Shown: positions 17,689 to 26,696 of the stretch, in pieces
Position numbering within the stretch: the first letter of the stretch is position 1
How the letters are laid out: every line of letters begins with the position of its first letter
NCBI GenBank assembly: GCA_035544015.1
Contig: DATKIP010000093.1
Location: 65,156-129,155 of the forward strand
Source: Candidatus Saccharimonadia bacterium
Lineage (GTDB): Bacteria; Patescibacteriota; Saccharimonadia; UBA4664
Direction: 5' to 3'
DNA length: 64,000 nucleotides
Notes under the pieces: generated by a model
The model's input: only the letters and a program-made list of their open reading frames with translations
The model's database searches: none
Told to the model about the DNA's origin: nothing
Program-made: the position numbers and the translations under genes

Positions 17689-20600
17689 GTGCCGGAAACA
17701 CAAACAGCGAAACCACAATTTGTCCACCTGCACAATCACAGCCACTACTCCCTGCTCGACGGCCTCCAAAAGGTCCCCGGCATGCTCGATCGCGTGCAGG
17801 AGCTCGGCATGACCTCGGTGGCGCTCACCGATCACGGCACCATGTCGGGCGCCATCGAATTTTACAAAGAAGCCAAAAAGCGCGACATCAAGCCAATAAT
17901 CGGCGTTGAAACCTACGTGGCGCCGCGCGGCCACCTCGACAAAGCCGGCCGCCAAGACGCCAATCCCTACCACCTCATCCTGCTGGCGTACAACAACGTC
18001 GGCTACCACAACCTCATGAAGCTCGTCACCATCGCGCAGCTCGAGGGGTACTATTACAAGCCGCGCATCGACCGCGACCTCATTACCCAGTACCACGAAG
18101 GCCTCATCGCGCTTTCCGCCTGTGCCGGTGGCGAGGTGGCTCAAAACATCCTCAACGGCAACCTGGCCGAGGCGCAGAAAGTAGTCGAGTGGTACGACGC
18201 CACCTTTGGCCGCGGCAATTATTACCTCGAACTCCAAGCGCACGAGCACCAATGGGAGACCCAAAAACAAATTAACGATGCCAAAATCGAGCTCTCGCGC
18301 AGCACTGGCGTGCCGCTCGTAGTCACAGCCGACGCCCACTACAGCGCCCACACCGATCGCGAGGCGCACGAAATCTTGCTGTGCGTCCAGACCGGCAAAA
18401 CCATCAGCGACGCCGGCCGCATGACCATGGACATGGACCTCTACGTCACCAGCCCCGACGAAGTCATCGAGCGTTTCCAGCGCGTCCCCGAGGCCTACGA
18501 AAACACGGTCAAAATCGCCGAACGCTGCGATGTGGAGCTTGAATTGGGCCGCATTCTCATCCCCACCTTCGAAGTCCCCGAGGGGTTCAAGGATGAGCGC
18601 GAATACCTGCACAGCCTGTGTTGGCGGGGGCTCGCCTGGCGCTACGGCGGCATTCCCAAAGAAGACATCGCCCACATTACCGAAGTCAAAGCCAAAACTC
18701 TCGTCACCCCCGAAATCGCCGAGCGCCTCGAGTTTGAGCTGTCGGTCATCGGCCGCATGGGCTACGACGGCTACTTTCTCATCGTGTCCGATTTCATCAA
18801 CTGGGGCAAAAACCAGGGCATCATCTTTGGCCCCGGGCGGGGGAGTGCGGCCGGTTCCATCGTGTCCTTCGCCATGAACATTACCGACCTCGATCCGCTC
18901 AAATACGACCTGCTGTTTGAGCGCTTCCTCAACCCCGACCGCATCTCCATGCCCGACATCGACATCGACATCCAAGACACCCGCCGCGGCGAAGTCATCG
19001 ACTACGTCACGGAAAAATACGGCCAAGAACGCGTGGCGCAGATCATCACCTTCGGCACCATGGCCGCCCGCAACGCCGTGCGCGACACCGGCCGCGCGCT
19101 CGGCTACTCCTACGCCGAGGTCGACGCCATTGCCAAGCTTGTACCGCAGCCGGTGCAGGGCCGCCACATCCCCCTGGCCGTAGCCGCCGGCCTCAAAACC
19201 GGCAAAGGCAGCGAGCAGCGCCCCGACCCCGAGCTTGTGAAGGAATACACCACCAACCAGCGCGCCCGCGAGCTCATCGACCTCGCCATCCGCCTCGAAG
19301 GCACCATCCGCTCAAACGGCGTGCACGCGGCCGGCGTGGTGATCGCGCCCGAGCCGATCGTGGGCTACACGCCGGTGCAGCGCGCCCAAAAAGGCGGTAC
19401 CGCCACGCAGTACTCCATGGGCCCCATCGAGGAGCTCGGCCTGCTCAAAATGGACTTCCTCGGCCTCTCCAACCTTACCGTCATCAACAATGCCCTGCGC
19501 ATCATCAAACGCGTCTACGGCGCCGCCATCGACATTGCCGACATCCCGCTCGACGATCCCAAAACCTTCGAGCTCCTCTCGCGCGGCGACACCACCGGTG
19601 TCTTCCAGGTAGAATCCGCGGGCATGAAGCGCTACCTGCGCGACCTCAAGCCCACGGTCTTCGACGACATCATTGCCATGGTAGCGCTCTACCGCCCCGG
19701 CCCCATGCAGTGGATCGACGAATTCATCGGCCGCAAGCACGGCAGCATCCCCATCACCTACGTGCACCCCTCCATGGAAAACGCGCTCAAAAACACCTAC
19801 GGCGTGCTCGTGTACCAAGAGCAGGTCATGCAGATCTCCAAAGAGGTCAGCGGCTTCACCGGCGGCGAGGCCGACACCTTGCGCAAAGCCATTGGCAAAA
19901 AGAACGCCGCCATGATGGCCAAAATGAAAACCAAATTCGTCGAAGGCGCGGTCAAAAACGTTGGCGCCGATCAAAAAATCATGGAAGACTTCTGGGCCAA
20001 TCTCGAAGATTTCGCCGCCTATTGTTTCAACAAATCCCACGCTGCCTGCTACGGCCTCATCGCCTACCAAACCGCCTACCTCAAGGCGCATTACCCCGCC
20101 GCCTTCATGGCCGCGCTCATGACCAGTGATTTTGGCAACATCGACCGCATCGCCATCGAGGTGGCCGAGTGCACGCGCATGGGCATCCAGGTGCTGCCCC
20201 CCGACGTCAACGAGTCGTTCCACGAATTTGCCGTGGTCAAAGAGTCGGGCAACATCCGATTTGGCCTTTCGGCGGTCAAAAACATCGGTTCCGGCCCCAT
20301 CGAGACCATCCTGGCGGCGCGCGACGAGGGCGGCCCCTTTGCCTCTGTCGAAGACTTTGCCAAGCGCGTCAACGCCCGCGAGTGCAACAAAAAAGTCTGG
20401 GAATCACTCACCAAATGCGGTGCCTTCGACGCGCTCATCGACGGTGACCGAGCTCAGCTTCTCTTTAACATCGAAACCATCACCGCCTTTGGCGCCAAAG
20501 CCCAAAAAAACGCTCTCTCGGGCCAAATCGACATCTTCGGCTCGCTCGGCGTCGAAGAAAACCTGCCGGCTCTTCGGCTCGAATCCGCGCCGCACCCTGC

Positions 20601-21321
20601 CTCGACCCGCGAGCAGCTCGCCTGGGAAAAGGAGCTCCTCGGCCTCTACATCTCGCATCATCCCCTCGACGAATACGCCGGCTACCTCGCCGACACCTGC
20701 GTGCCCATCAGTGACATCACGCCTTCGTCGGACGGCAAACTCCTGCGTATCGGCGGTATTATCACCACGGTGCGCAAAATTCTCACGAAAAAAGGCGACA
20801 CCATGGCCTTCGTGGGCATCGAAGACAAAACCGGCCTCACCGAGCTCATCGTCTTTCCCAAGGCCTTCGAAAAATCCCCCGAAGTCTTCGAGGCCGACAA
20901 CATCATCATGGCCACGGGCAAAATTTCCGCCCGCGACAAAGAAGGCCGCCTCACCGACGAGCCGAAGATGATGGTAGACGCCGCCAAAATCGTCAATTAC
21001 GACACCGCTTCCAGTCATGTCTCTACCCACGCGCCGCAGCCGGCGGCCCCAGTCGCCGCCCCGCCCGCCCGCCCAGCCGCCGCGGCATCCCCTGGCGGCG
21101 GCTACGTGGTGCTTCATCTCGCCGACCTGTCCGATCAGCAATTGCTTCACGACATCAAGCAAATCATCGGCGCTCATGCCGGCGGCGCCGAAATTTATAT
21201 CGTGGTCGGGGCCGACGCTCCCAAGAAAATCCGGCTACCGTTTAAGGTCGCCGTTTCCGAAGCACTCTTAGAGCAATTAGGCGCCCTCGTTGGCACGGAC
21301 CAAGTAACCCACGCCGCGTGA
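17689..21321 (+). CDS. dnaE: DNA polymerase III alpha subunit (DnaE1) with a C-terminal ~115-aa extension
   Basis: PHP domain start (FVHLHNHSHYSLLDG), polymerase core, OB fold. GTG start preferred because of the GAGGGGAG RBS (the track's ATG at 17653 lacks one). C-terminal Pro/Ala linker plus an extra domain. Confidence 0.9.
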   Translation: MPETQTAKPQFVHLHNHSHYSLLDGLQKVPGMLDRVQELGMTSVALTDHGTMSGAIEFYKEAKKRDIKPIIGVETYVAPRGHLDKAGRQDANPYHLILLAYNNVGYHNLMKLVTIAQLEGYYYKPRIDRDLITQYHEGLIALSACAGGEVAQNILNGNLAEAQKVVEWYDATFGRGNYYLELQAHEHQWETQKQINDAKIELSRSTGVPLVVTADAHYSAHTDREAHEILLCVQTGKTISDAGRMTMDMDLYVTSPDEVIERFQRVPEAYENTVKIAERCDVELELGRILIPTFEVPEGFKDEREYLHSLCWRGLAWRYGGIPKEDIAHITEVKAKTLVTPEIAERLEFELSVIGRMGYDGYFLIVSDFINWGKNQGIIFGPGRGSAAGSIVSFAMNITDLDPLKYDLLFERFLNPDRISMPDIDIDIQDTRRGEVIDYVTEKYGQERVAQIITFGTMAARNAVRDTGRALGYSYAEVDAIAKLVPQPVQGRHIPLAVAAGLKTGKGSEQRPDPELVKEYTTNQRARELIDLAIRLEGTIRSNGVHAAGVVIAPEPIVGYTPVQRAQKGGTATQYSMGPIEELGLLKMDFLGLSNLTVINNALRIIKRVYGAAIDIADIPLDDPKTFELLSRGDTTGVFQVESAGMKRYLRDLKPTVFDDIIAMVALYRPGPMQWIDEFIGRKHGSIPITYVHPSMENALKNTYGVLVYQEQVMQISKEVSGFTGGEADTLRKAIGKKNAAMMAKMKTKFVEGAVKNVGADQKIMEDFWANLEDFAAYCFNKSHAACYGLIAYQTAYLKAHYPAAFMAALMTSDFGNIDRIAIEVAECTRMGIQVLPPDVNESFHEFAVVKESGNIRFGLSAVKNIGSGPIETILAARDEGGPFASVEDFAKRVNARECNKKVWESLTKCGAFDALIDGDRAQLLFNIETITAFGAKAQKNALSGQIDIFGSLGVEENLPALRLESAPHPASTREQLAWEKELLGLYISHHPLDEYAGYLADTCVPISDITPSSDGKLLRIGGIITTVRKILTKKGDTMAFVGIEDKTGLTELIVFPKAFEKSPEVFEADNIIMATGKISARDKEGRLTDEPKMMVDAAKIVNYDTASSHVSTHAPQPAAPVAAPPARPAAAASPGGGYVVLHLADLSDQQLLHDIKQIIGAHAGGAEIYIVVGADAPKKIRLPFKVAVSEALLEQLGALVGTDQVTHAA

Positions 21322-21404
21322 GCTTGCCAAAAACGCCCAGCCCATTAATACTGATTGAGACCAAATTCTCCATGACCACCTAGCCACCCGAAAGGCGGTA
21401 CCGT

Positions 21405-22148
21405 ATGGGAAGTCTACAGATTTGGTTGATCGTTATAGGAAGCCTCGCTGCAGCTCTGGTGCTGTGGTACGTCGTGTGGCCGCTCTGTGCCTTGGTGCAA
21501 GCCTGGCTGAGGGTGAAGGCCGCCACGATCACCGCATCGCGCGATGGACGCGTTGAGGCGGCCCGAGCCAAGGGCCAGCAGCTGGCCGCGGAGGCCAAAC
21601 TGCAAACAGCTCGCCTCCAGACGGCCGCCAAGGCCGCCACCGCCACGGCCGCATTCAAGGCCCAAACCATTGCGGAGCAGAGGGTGATTGAGGCCGACGC
21701 CGCGACCCGCGTTCAGGCCGCGAAAGACACGCCTCCCGCACCTGCCAAACCGCCACCACGCCTGGCCCGTTCGGACCTGTTCTGGAATATCAGGTTCTGG
21801 GCGAACTTCGCGGCCGCGATCGTGATCGTGGTCGGTGCCATCGGGTACGGCATCTTCAAGTACGACCAGGCCTCTACCCGGCCGCACCAAGCCACCATCC
21901 TGGTGTGCAAGGTGTCGGACAACCCGCTCGACACCGACCCGCCCAAGCTCGAGACCGCCAGCGGTTCATACTACATCAACAAGGGCACGTTCGGCGCCAC
22001 CTACTACCCCGACCCGAGCAAGGGAAAGAAGTTCTTCGGGCCCAACAGGCAATACGCCATCACCTTCCACGGCATCTGGCCTGGAGATCGGTATGTCATT
22101 GGTGCCACCGAGTTGCCCAACACGGAGCAGCAGTGCGCCGGCTCGTAG
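21405..22148 (+). CDS. hypothetical membrane protein (2 TM)
   Basis: 247 aa. N-terminal TM, Ala/Lys-rich helical region, second TM, then a C-terminal globular part. Confidence 0.5.
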   Translation: MGSLQIWLIVIGSLAAALVLWYVVWPLCALVQAWLRVKAATITASRDGRVEAARAKGQQLAAEAKLQTARLQTAAKAATATAAFKAQTIAEQRVIEADAATRVQAAKDTPPAPAKPPPRLARSDLFWNIRFWANFAAAIVIVVGAIGYGIFKYDQASTRPHQATILVCKVSDNPLDTDPPKLETASGSYYINKGTFGATYYPDPSKGKKFFGPNRQYAITFHGIWPGDRYVIGATELPNTEQQCAGS

Positions 22149-22153
22149 ACCTG

Positions 22154-22186
22154 CTGCGGCCCGGGGACCAGCTCCCCGGGCCGCAG
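22154..22186. terminator. perfect 14-bp GC-rich hairpin (terminator or attenuator) between the upstream gene and rplS
   Basis: CTGCGGCCCGGGGA ccagc TCCCCGGGCCGCAG. No U-tract. Confidence 0.35.
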
Positions 22187-22234
22187 GCCCAGCCCCTTGA
22201 TCGCTCCGCTCAGATATGCTAAAGTACCCGGGTT

Positions 22235-22858
22235 ATGGAAGCCATTCGTCAACTCGAACTCAATTACCGCAAGCCCGCCCTGCCCCAGGTGCAGACGGGT
22301 GATACCGTGCGTGTGCATCAGCTCATCAAGGAAGGCGCCAAGCAGCGTATCCAGGTGTTCGAAGGCATTATCATTCGCACGCACCGCATGAACGAGCTGA
22401 CCGCCTGCGTTACTGTTCGGCGCATTGCTTCCGGTATTGGCGTCGAGAAGACCTTCTTGCTGCACTCACCCAACGTTTCCAAAATTGAAATTTTGCGCCG
22501 AGCCAAAGTCCGCCGCAACTTCCTCTCCTTCCTGCGCGAGCGCCGAGGCAAGTCGGCCCGTCTCAGGGAAATTAGCTTCGACAAGATCGCCGCCAACGAC
22601 GTCTCCACGCCCGAGACGCCCGCCGGCGACACCGATGAGACCGAGGTCATCGATGCCGAGCAAGCTGAAGACGCCCTCACCGATGCTGTGCCGCTGGCTG
22701 ATGTTGAAAAATCCGAAGCCAAAGCCGCCGCCAGCGAAGACGAACCCAACACCGCTGCCGATACCGGCACTCCCGACGAACAGCAAGCCCCCGCCGACGA
22801 GGCCGAAGCCGGTGTTGCCCAAGCCGAGCCTGGCGAAGGCAAAGCCGTCCAATCGTAG
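22235..22858 (+). CDS. rplS: 50S ribosomal protein L19 with a ~90-aa acidic C-terminal extension
   Basis: N-terminal ~115 aa match L19 (QVQTGDTVRVH...GAKQRIQVFEGIII...VRRIASGIGVEKTF). The Asp/Glu/Ala-rich tail follows. Confidence 0.85.
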   Translation: MEAIRQLELNYRKPALPQVQTGDTVRVHQLIKEGAKQRIQVFEGIIIRTHRMNELTACVTVRRIASGIGVEKTFLLHSPNVSKIEILRRAKVRRNFLSFLRERRGKSARLREISFDKIAANDVSTPETPAGDTDETEVIDAEQAEDALTDAVPLADVEKSEAKAAASEDEPNTAADTGTPDEQQAPADEAEAGVAQAEPGEGKAVQS

Positions 22859-22884
22859 CCAAAATCCTTTAGTGTTCATCTAAA

Positions 22885-22913
22885 ACAGCGCCGTTATACC
22901 GGTGCTGTTTTTT
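22885..22913 (+). terminator. intrinsic terminator after rplS
   Basis: 9-bp stem ACAGCGCCG/CGGTGCTGT (one G-U pair), 5-nt loop, then TTTTT. Confidence 0.5.
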
Positions 22914-22939
22914 GGTATAGAAGTCGGCCGTTTTGCGGT

Positions 22940-23620
22940 ATGCTGGTTGGCATGACGGTCATATCTGGAATTCCCGCTACCACCCGCACCCCCCGGCATG
23001 CCGCCGCCCCCGGCTGGCGCGCGGTACTCCCGCTGGTGCGCGCAGGCCGCACCATCATCGGCATCGACGAGGTCGGCCGCGGCGCCTGGGCCGGCCCGGT
23101 AGTGGCCGCGGCCGTAATCTTGCCGCCCCGCCTGCGCCTTCCCGGCCTCGGCGACTCCAAAGCCCTCGCAGCCCCGGCCCGCCGCCGCCTCAGTCGCGAC
23201 ATCCGTCGCCGCGCCCTCGCCGTGGGCATCGGCTGGGTGGCCGCCGCTGAGGTTGACGCCCACGGCCTCAGCTGGGCAGTGCGCGAGAGCGGCTTGCGCG
23301 CTCTGGCCGGCATGAGCCTTGAGGCTGCCGTTATCATCCTCGACGGCAGACACAATTACCTGCGGGGCACCCACGAGTCGCAGGTGTTTGTGAAAGCCGA
23401 CGCCACCATCTCACCGGTTGCCGCCGCCTCGATCATCGCCAAGGTGGCGCGCGATGCCTACATGCAGCGGCTGCACCGGGCCGACCCCCGCTATGGTTTC
23501 GACCAGCATGTTGGCTACGGCACCGCCCTGCACGCTGCCGGCCTGGCCGCCCACGGTCCCGGCCCGCAACACCGATATAGCTTTCGTCCCATCCGGGAGG
23601 CCGCACGTGTCATCGGTTGA
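22940..23620 (+). CDS. rnhB: ribonuclease HII
   Basis: IGIDEVGRGAWAGPVVAAAV (DEVGRG catalytic motif) and GDSKALA motif. Confidence 0.85.
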   Translation: MLVGMTVISGIPATTRTPRHAAAPGWRAVLPLVRAGRTIIGIDEVGRGAWAGPVVAAAVILPPRLRLPGLGDSKALAAPARRRLSRDIRRRALAVGIGWVAAAEVDAHGLSWAVRESGLRALAGMSLEAAVIILDGRHNYLRGTHESQVFVKADATISPVAAASIIAKVARDAYMQRLHRADPRYGFDQHVGYGTALHAAGLAAHGPGPQHRYSFRPIREAARVIG

Positions 23621-23963
23621 GACCGGCCGCGCGGGCGAACAGCTCGCCGCTCAGCACCTCGCCGCCAGTGGCTTTGCCATTCTCGCGCGCAATTGGCGCA
23701 ACCGGTGGTGCGAGCTCGATATCGTCGCCCGCCGCCACGGCATAATTCACTTCATCGAGGTTAAATACCGCTCCGACATCCGCTACGGCTACGCGGCCGA
23801 ATACATTTCGCGGGACAAATCCGCGCGCCTCATGCGCGCCGCCCTGGCCTGGAACCAGGCACATGGTTACGACGGCCCCTACCAAATCGACGTCGTCACC
23901 GTTGAGGGCAGCCTCGAACAGCCCCAGATCGCGCACCTCGAAAACGCCGTCGGTGGATGGTAG
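23607..23963 (+). CDS. yraN: YraN/UPF0102 family endonuclease
   Basis: GTG with GGGAGG RBS. Overlaps the rnhB end by 14 nt. RAGEQLAAQHLAASGFAILARNWR...ELDIVA...HFIEVKYR is typical YraN. Conserved rnhB-yraN pairing. Confidence 0.7.
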   Translation: MSSVETGRAGEQLAAQHLAASGFAILARNWRNRWCELDIVARRHGIIHFIEVKYRSDIRYGYAAEYISRDKSARLMRAALAWNQAHGYDGPYQIDVVTVEGSLEQPQIAHLENAVGGW

Positions 23964-23976
23964 CCGGCTGGCCGCA

Positions 23977-26553
23977 TTAGCGGGCCTGCGCCTGCTCCCA
24001 ATCGGCCAAAAACGCCGCCACGGCCGCCGCGTCGCGATCTGCCCAATCGGCCCGCAACTCCACGCTTTCCACCGCCTGATCCGTCGGCCGGCCCAGCGCC
24101 GGGTGCGGGTGGCTGTCGAAAAAGTCCCGGATCTCGGCTGCTTTCGCGTGTGTCGCAAAACCCGCGCCCACAAACAAAGGAAAATGCTCCAGCATATGGC
24201 CGCCCGCTCCGTAGCGCTCCAGCCATAGATTCCAGTGATCTTGGACCCATTGCCAGGTAGCGTCGCGCCCGTCGCGGTTGCGCATGCCCCAGGCTAGCGC
24301 AATGTAGAGGTCCTGCGGCCGTACCGCCTCGGTCAGTGCGTACGCCAAATAGCGCGCAATCAGGGCCGGCTGACGAAAACGGCCCATTGCCCCCAGTAGC
24401 CCCAGTTTGATCTGCGGCACCGGTTCGCGCTCATAGCGGCTTTGCATAGCCTCAAACTCGTGTTCACCACCATGTCTCGCCGCCGCAAACAGCAGCGCCG
24501 CCACCACGTCCGGATCTGTTTCGGCTCCGTCCATCCAGGCTGCCCAGCGTGTCTTGGCCTCCTTCACCACTGTCTCATCATCAAACCGAATCGCCTGCTG
24601 CAATACCAGTGGCCGCATCAACGTATCAAACGATGACTCATCGTCGGCGGCCTCCCAGCCCAGGCGCTTCACGTTTGGTCCCACGAGCCAATGCCCAAAA
24701 TGGTCGAGTCGCTCGCGCAAGGCCGCATCCTCGACGGCATGCGACAAATCACCCAACGCACCACTCACTCCGGTCCACACCACATAATTCGGCTCATCGC
24801 GCAGCGCCGCCACCAGTTTCAGCAACGCCGTGCTGGTCGTGACACCGGCTTCAGTAGCCGCCGTCACGTCGCCGATGATGCCAAACCGGTCCACCACCGC
24901 CAGCTCGCGGGTGTGCAACGGCGCGGTCAAAGCCTCGATCATCCCCTCGGTGTAGTGCGTCCGGAAAAATCCCGTTTGCCCCGGATTGGGCTTAAACCAA
25001 TCCGAACCCAATATCTCGGCCGACAACATGTCGCTGTGCTTTCGCAGCAGCTCCGTGGGGGTCTCCCGCCCGCCGGGCAGCAGCACATTAAACGGTATCG
25101 GCCACAGCGACGCATCCTGGCCTTTGGCCGCCTGTCGCGGCGAGCTGTAAAACCGCCGCTGCTGTACCTCGCCGTCGTCAAACGTCACCACCGGATACCC
25201 TGGCTTGCTCGTCCAGGCCGACATCAGCGCGTCCACCGGCTTGCCCGATGCCGCTTCCAGCGCCCGCCACAGATCGTGCGTCACCGCGTTGGCGTAGCTG
25301 TGCTTCGTGAGGTACGCATGCAGCCCCTTGCGAAAGTCCTGATCTCCCAAATAGTGGTGCAGCATGCGGATCACACTGCCTCCCTTGCTATATGACACCG
25401 CATCAAAAATTTCGTCGAGCCCGCGCGGGTCCTCTACCTCCACCTCAATGGGGTGAGTGCTCACGAGGCTATCGAGCTCCATGGCGCGACCTGTTTCATC
25501 GGCCGTAAAGTGCGCCCAGATCTCCCACTCCGGGAACCGCGCGTTGCGCGCCAAATCGGCACACCAGGTCGCAAAGCCTTCGTTGAGCCACAAATCGTTC
25601 CACCACCGCATCGTGACGAGGTTGCCAAACCACTGGTGCGCTAGCTCGTGCGTCACGATCTCGGCCACGCGCTGCTTGGCCATGAGCGAGGTGCGCTCAG
25701 GATCGAGCAGCAGCGCCGTTTCGCGGTACGTCACCAGTCCCCAGTTTTCCATCGCGCCGGCCGCAAAATCCGGCAGCGCTACCATATCGAGGTTGGGCAG
25801 GGGATAGGGAATGCCAAAATAATCTCCGAAAAATGATAGCGTCCACGTCGCCATATCCAGCGCAAACGCCAGCTGGTCTTTGTGTCCCGGCGTTGCCAGT
25901 GCGCGCACCCGCACGCCCTCGGCCGTCTCGCCCTCCAGGTACTCAAACTCGCCTACCACATACGCCAGCAAGTAGGTGCTCATCTTGGGCGTGGGCGCAA
26001 AGGTTACGCGCTTGCGCCCCTCGCCGGCCGGCGTCTCCTCGGTCGCCACGGTATTCGACAGCGCCATCATGCCCTCCGGCACGGTCAAATTCAGCTCAAA
26101 CACCGCCTTGGCGCTGGGTTCGTCGATCGCCACCAGCGCCTCGCGCGCATGCACCGCTTCAAATTGCGTGGTCGCAATGAGCTGCTCCTGGCCGTCGCGC
26201 TGGTAAGTGCTGCGGTAAAAACCATGCAGCGAGTCGCCGATGACACCGCGCACCCGCATCGACAAGTGATGCATGCCGGCGCCCACGATCTCCGCAAACG
26301 CAAACGTCACGGTCTCGGTCTTCTCGTCGAGCTTCACCGACTCCGGGCTGAGCTTGCCGTCGAGCTTCACCTCGCTCACTTCCAGCCCAACCGCATGGAA
26401 TACCAGCTCGTTTGATGGCTCCACCACGGCAAAATCAATCGATTCATGAATCGCAAACCGTGAACCCGCCATGTCAACGTCAATGTCCAGCGCGTACCGC
26501 TCGGGCACAATAGTATCCAAAAGACGAGCCACCTTTGCCATGCACAACCTCAT
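23977..26553 (-). CDS. pepN: aminopeptidase N (M1 family)
   Basis: GAMENWG exopeptidase motif and HELAHQWFGNLVTMRWWNDLWLNEGFA zinc-binding HEXXH-(18)-E. Confidence 0.9.
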   Translation of the reverse strand: MRLCMAKVARLLDTIVPERYALDIDVDMAGSRFAIHESIDFAVVEPSNELVFHAVGLEVSEVKLDGKLSPESVKLDEKTETVTFAFAEIVGAGMHHLSMRVRGVIGDSLHGFYRSTYQRDGQEQLIATTQFEAVHAREALVAIDEPSAKAVFELNLTVPEGMMALSNTVATEETPAGEGRKRVTFAPTPKMSTYLLAYVVGEFEYLEGETAEGVRVRALATPGHKDQLAFALDMATWTLSFFGDYFGIPYPLPNLDMVALPDFAAGAMENWGLVTYRETALLLDPERTSLMAKQRVAEIVTHELAHQWFGNLVTMRWWNDLWLNEGFATWCADLARNARFPEWEIWAHFTADETGRAMELDSLVSTHPIEVEVEDPRGLDEIFDAVSYSKGGSVIRMLHHYLGDQDFRKGLHAYLTKHSYANAVTHDLWRALEAASGKPVDALMSAWTSKPGYPVVTFDDGEVQQRRFYSSPRQAAKGQDASLWPIPFNVLLPGGRETPTELLRKHSDMLSAEILGSDWFKPNPGQTGFFRTHYTEGMIEALTAPLHTRELAVVDRFGIIGDVTAATEAGVTTSTALLKLVAALRDEPNYVVWTGVSGALGDLSHAVEDAALRERLDHFGHWLVGPNVKRLGWEAADDESSFDTLMRPLVLQQAIRFDDETVVKEAKTRWAAWMDGAETDPDVVAALLFAAARHGGEHEFEAMQSRYEREPVPQIKLGLLGAMGRFRQPALIARYLAYALTEAVRPQDLYIALAWGMRNRDGRDATWQWVQDHWNLWLERYGAGGHMLEHFPLFVGAGFATHAKAAEIRDFFDSHPHPALGRPTDQAVESVELRADWADRDAAAVAAFLADWEQAQAR

Positions 26554-26583
26554 GAGTTACAGATCACCATTATATCGACAAAC

Positions 26584-26648
26584 TTGCCGCCAGCCCACCC
26601 CCACGCTATAATGTCTCTTGTAGCCGGCCAGCAGGCCGGTCATTTTTA
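26584..26648 (+). promoter_or_regulatory. nusA promoter (-35 TTGCCG, 17 nt, -10 TATAAT) with leader hairpin and T-tract (attenuator candidate)
   Basis: TTGCCG 26584-26589 and TATAAT 26607-26612. CCGGCC agca GGCCGG hairpin at about 26622-26640, then ATTTTTAT. RBS TAAGGAG at 26681. Confidence 0.4.
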
Positions 26649-26696
26649 TCACACAGCGCCACAATTGAATAACAACAGAATAAGGAGTTCACCACT

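Noticed and set aside
17668-20223. 499-aa and 303-aa minus-strand ORFs inside dnaE
   Set aside because: Antisense shadows of dnaE. The dnaE frame has unambiguous PHP and polymerase motifs.
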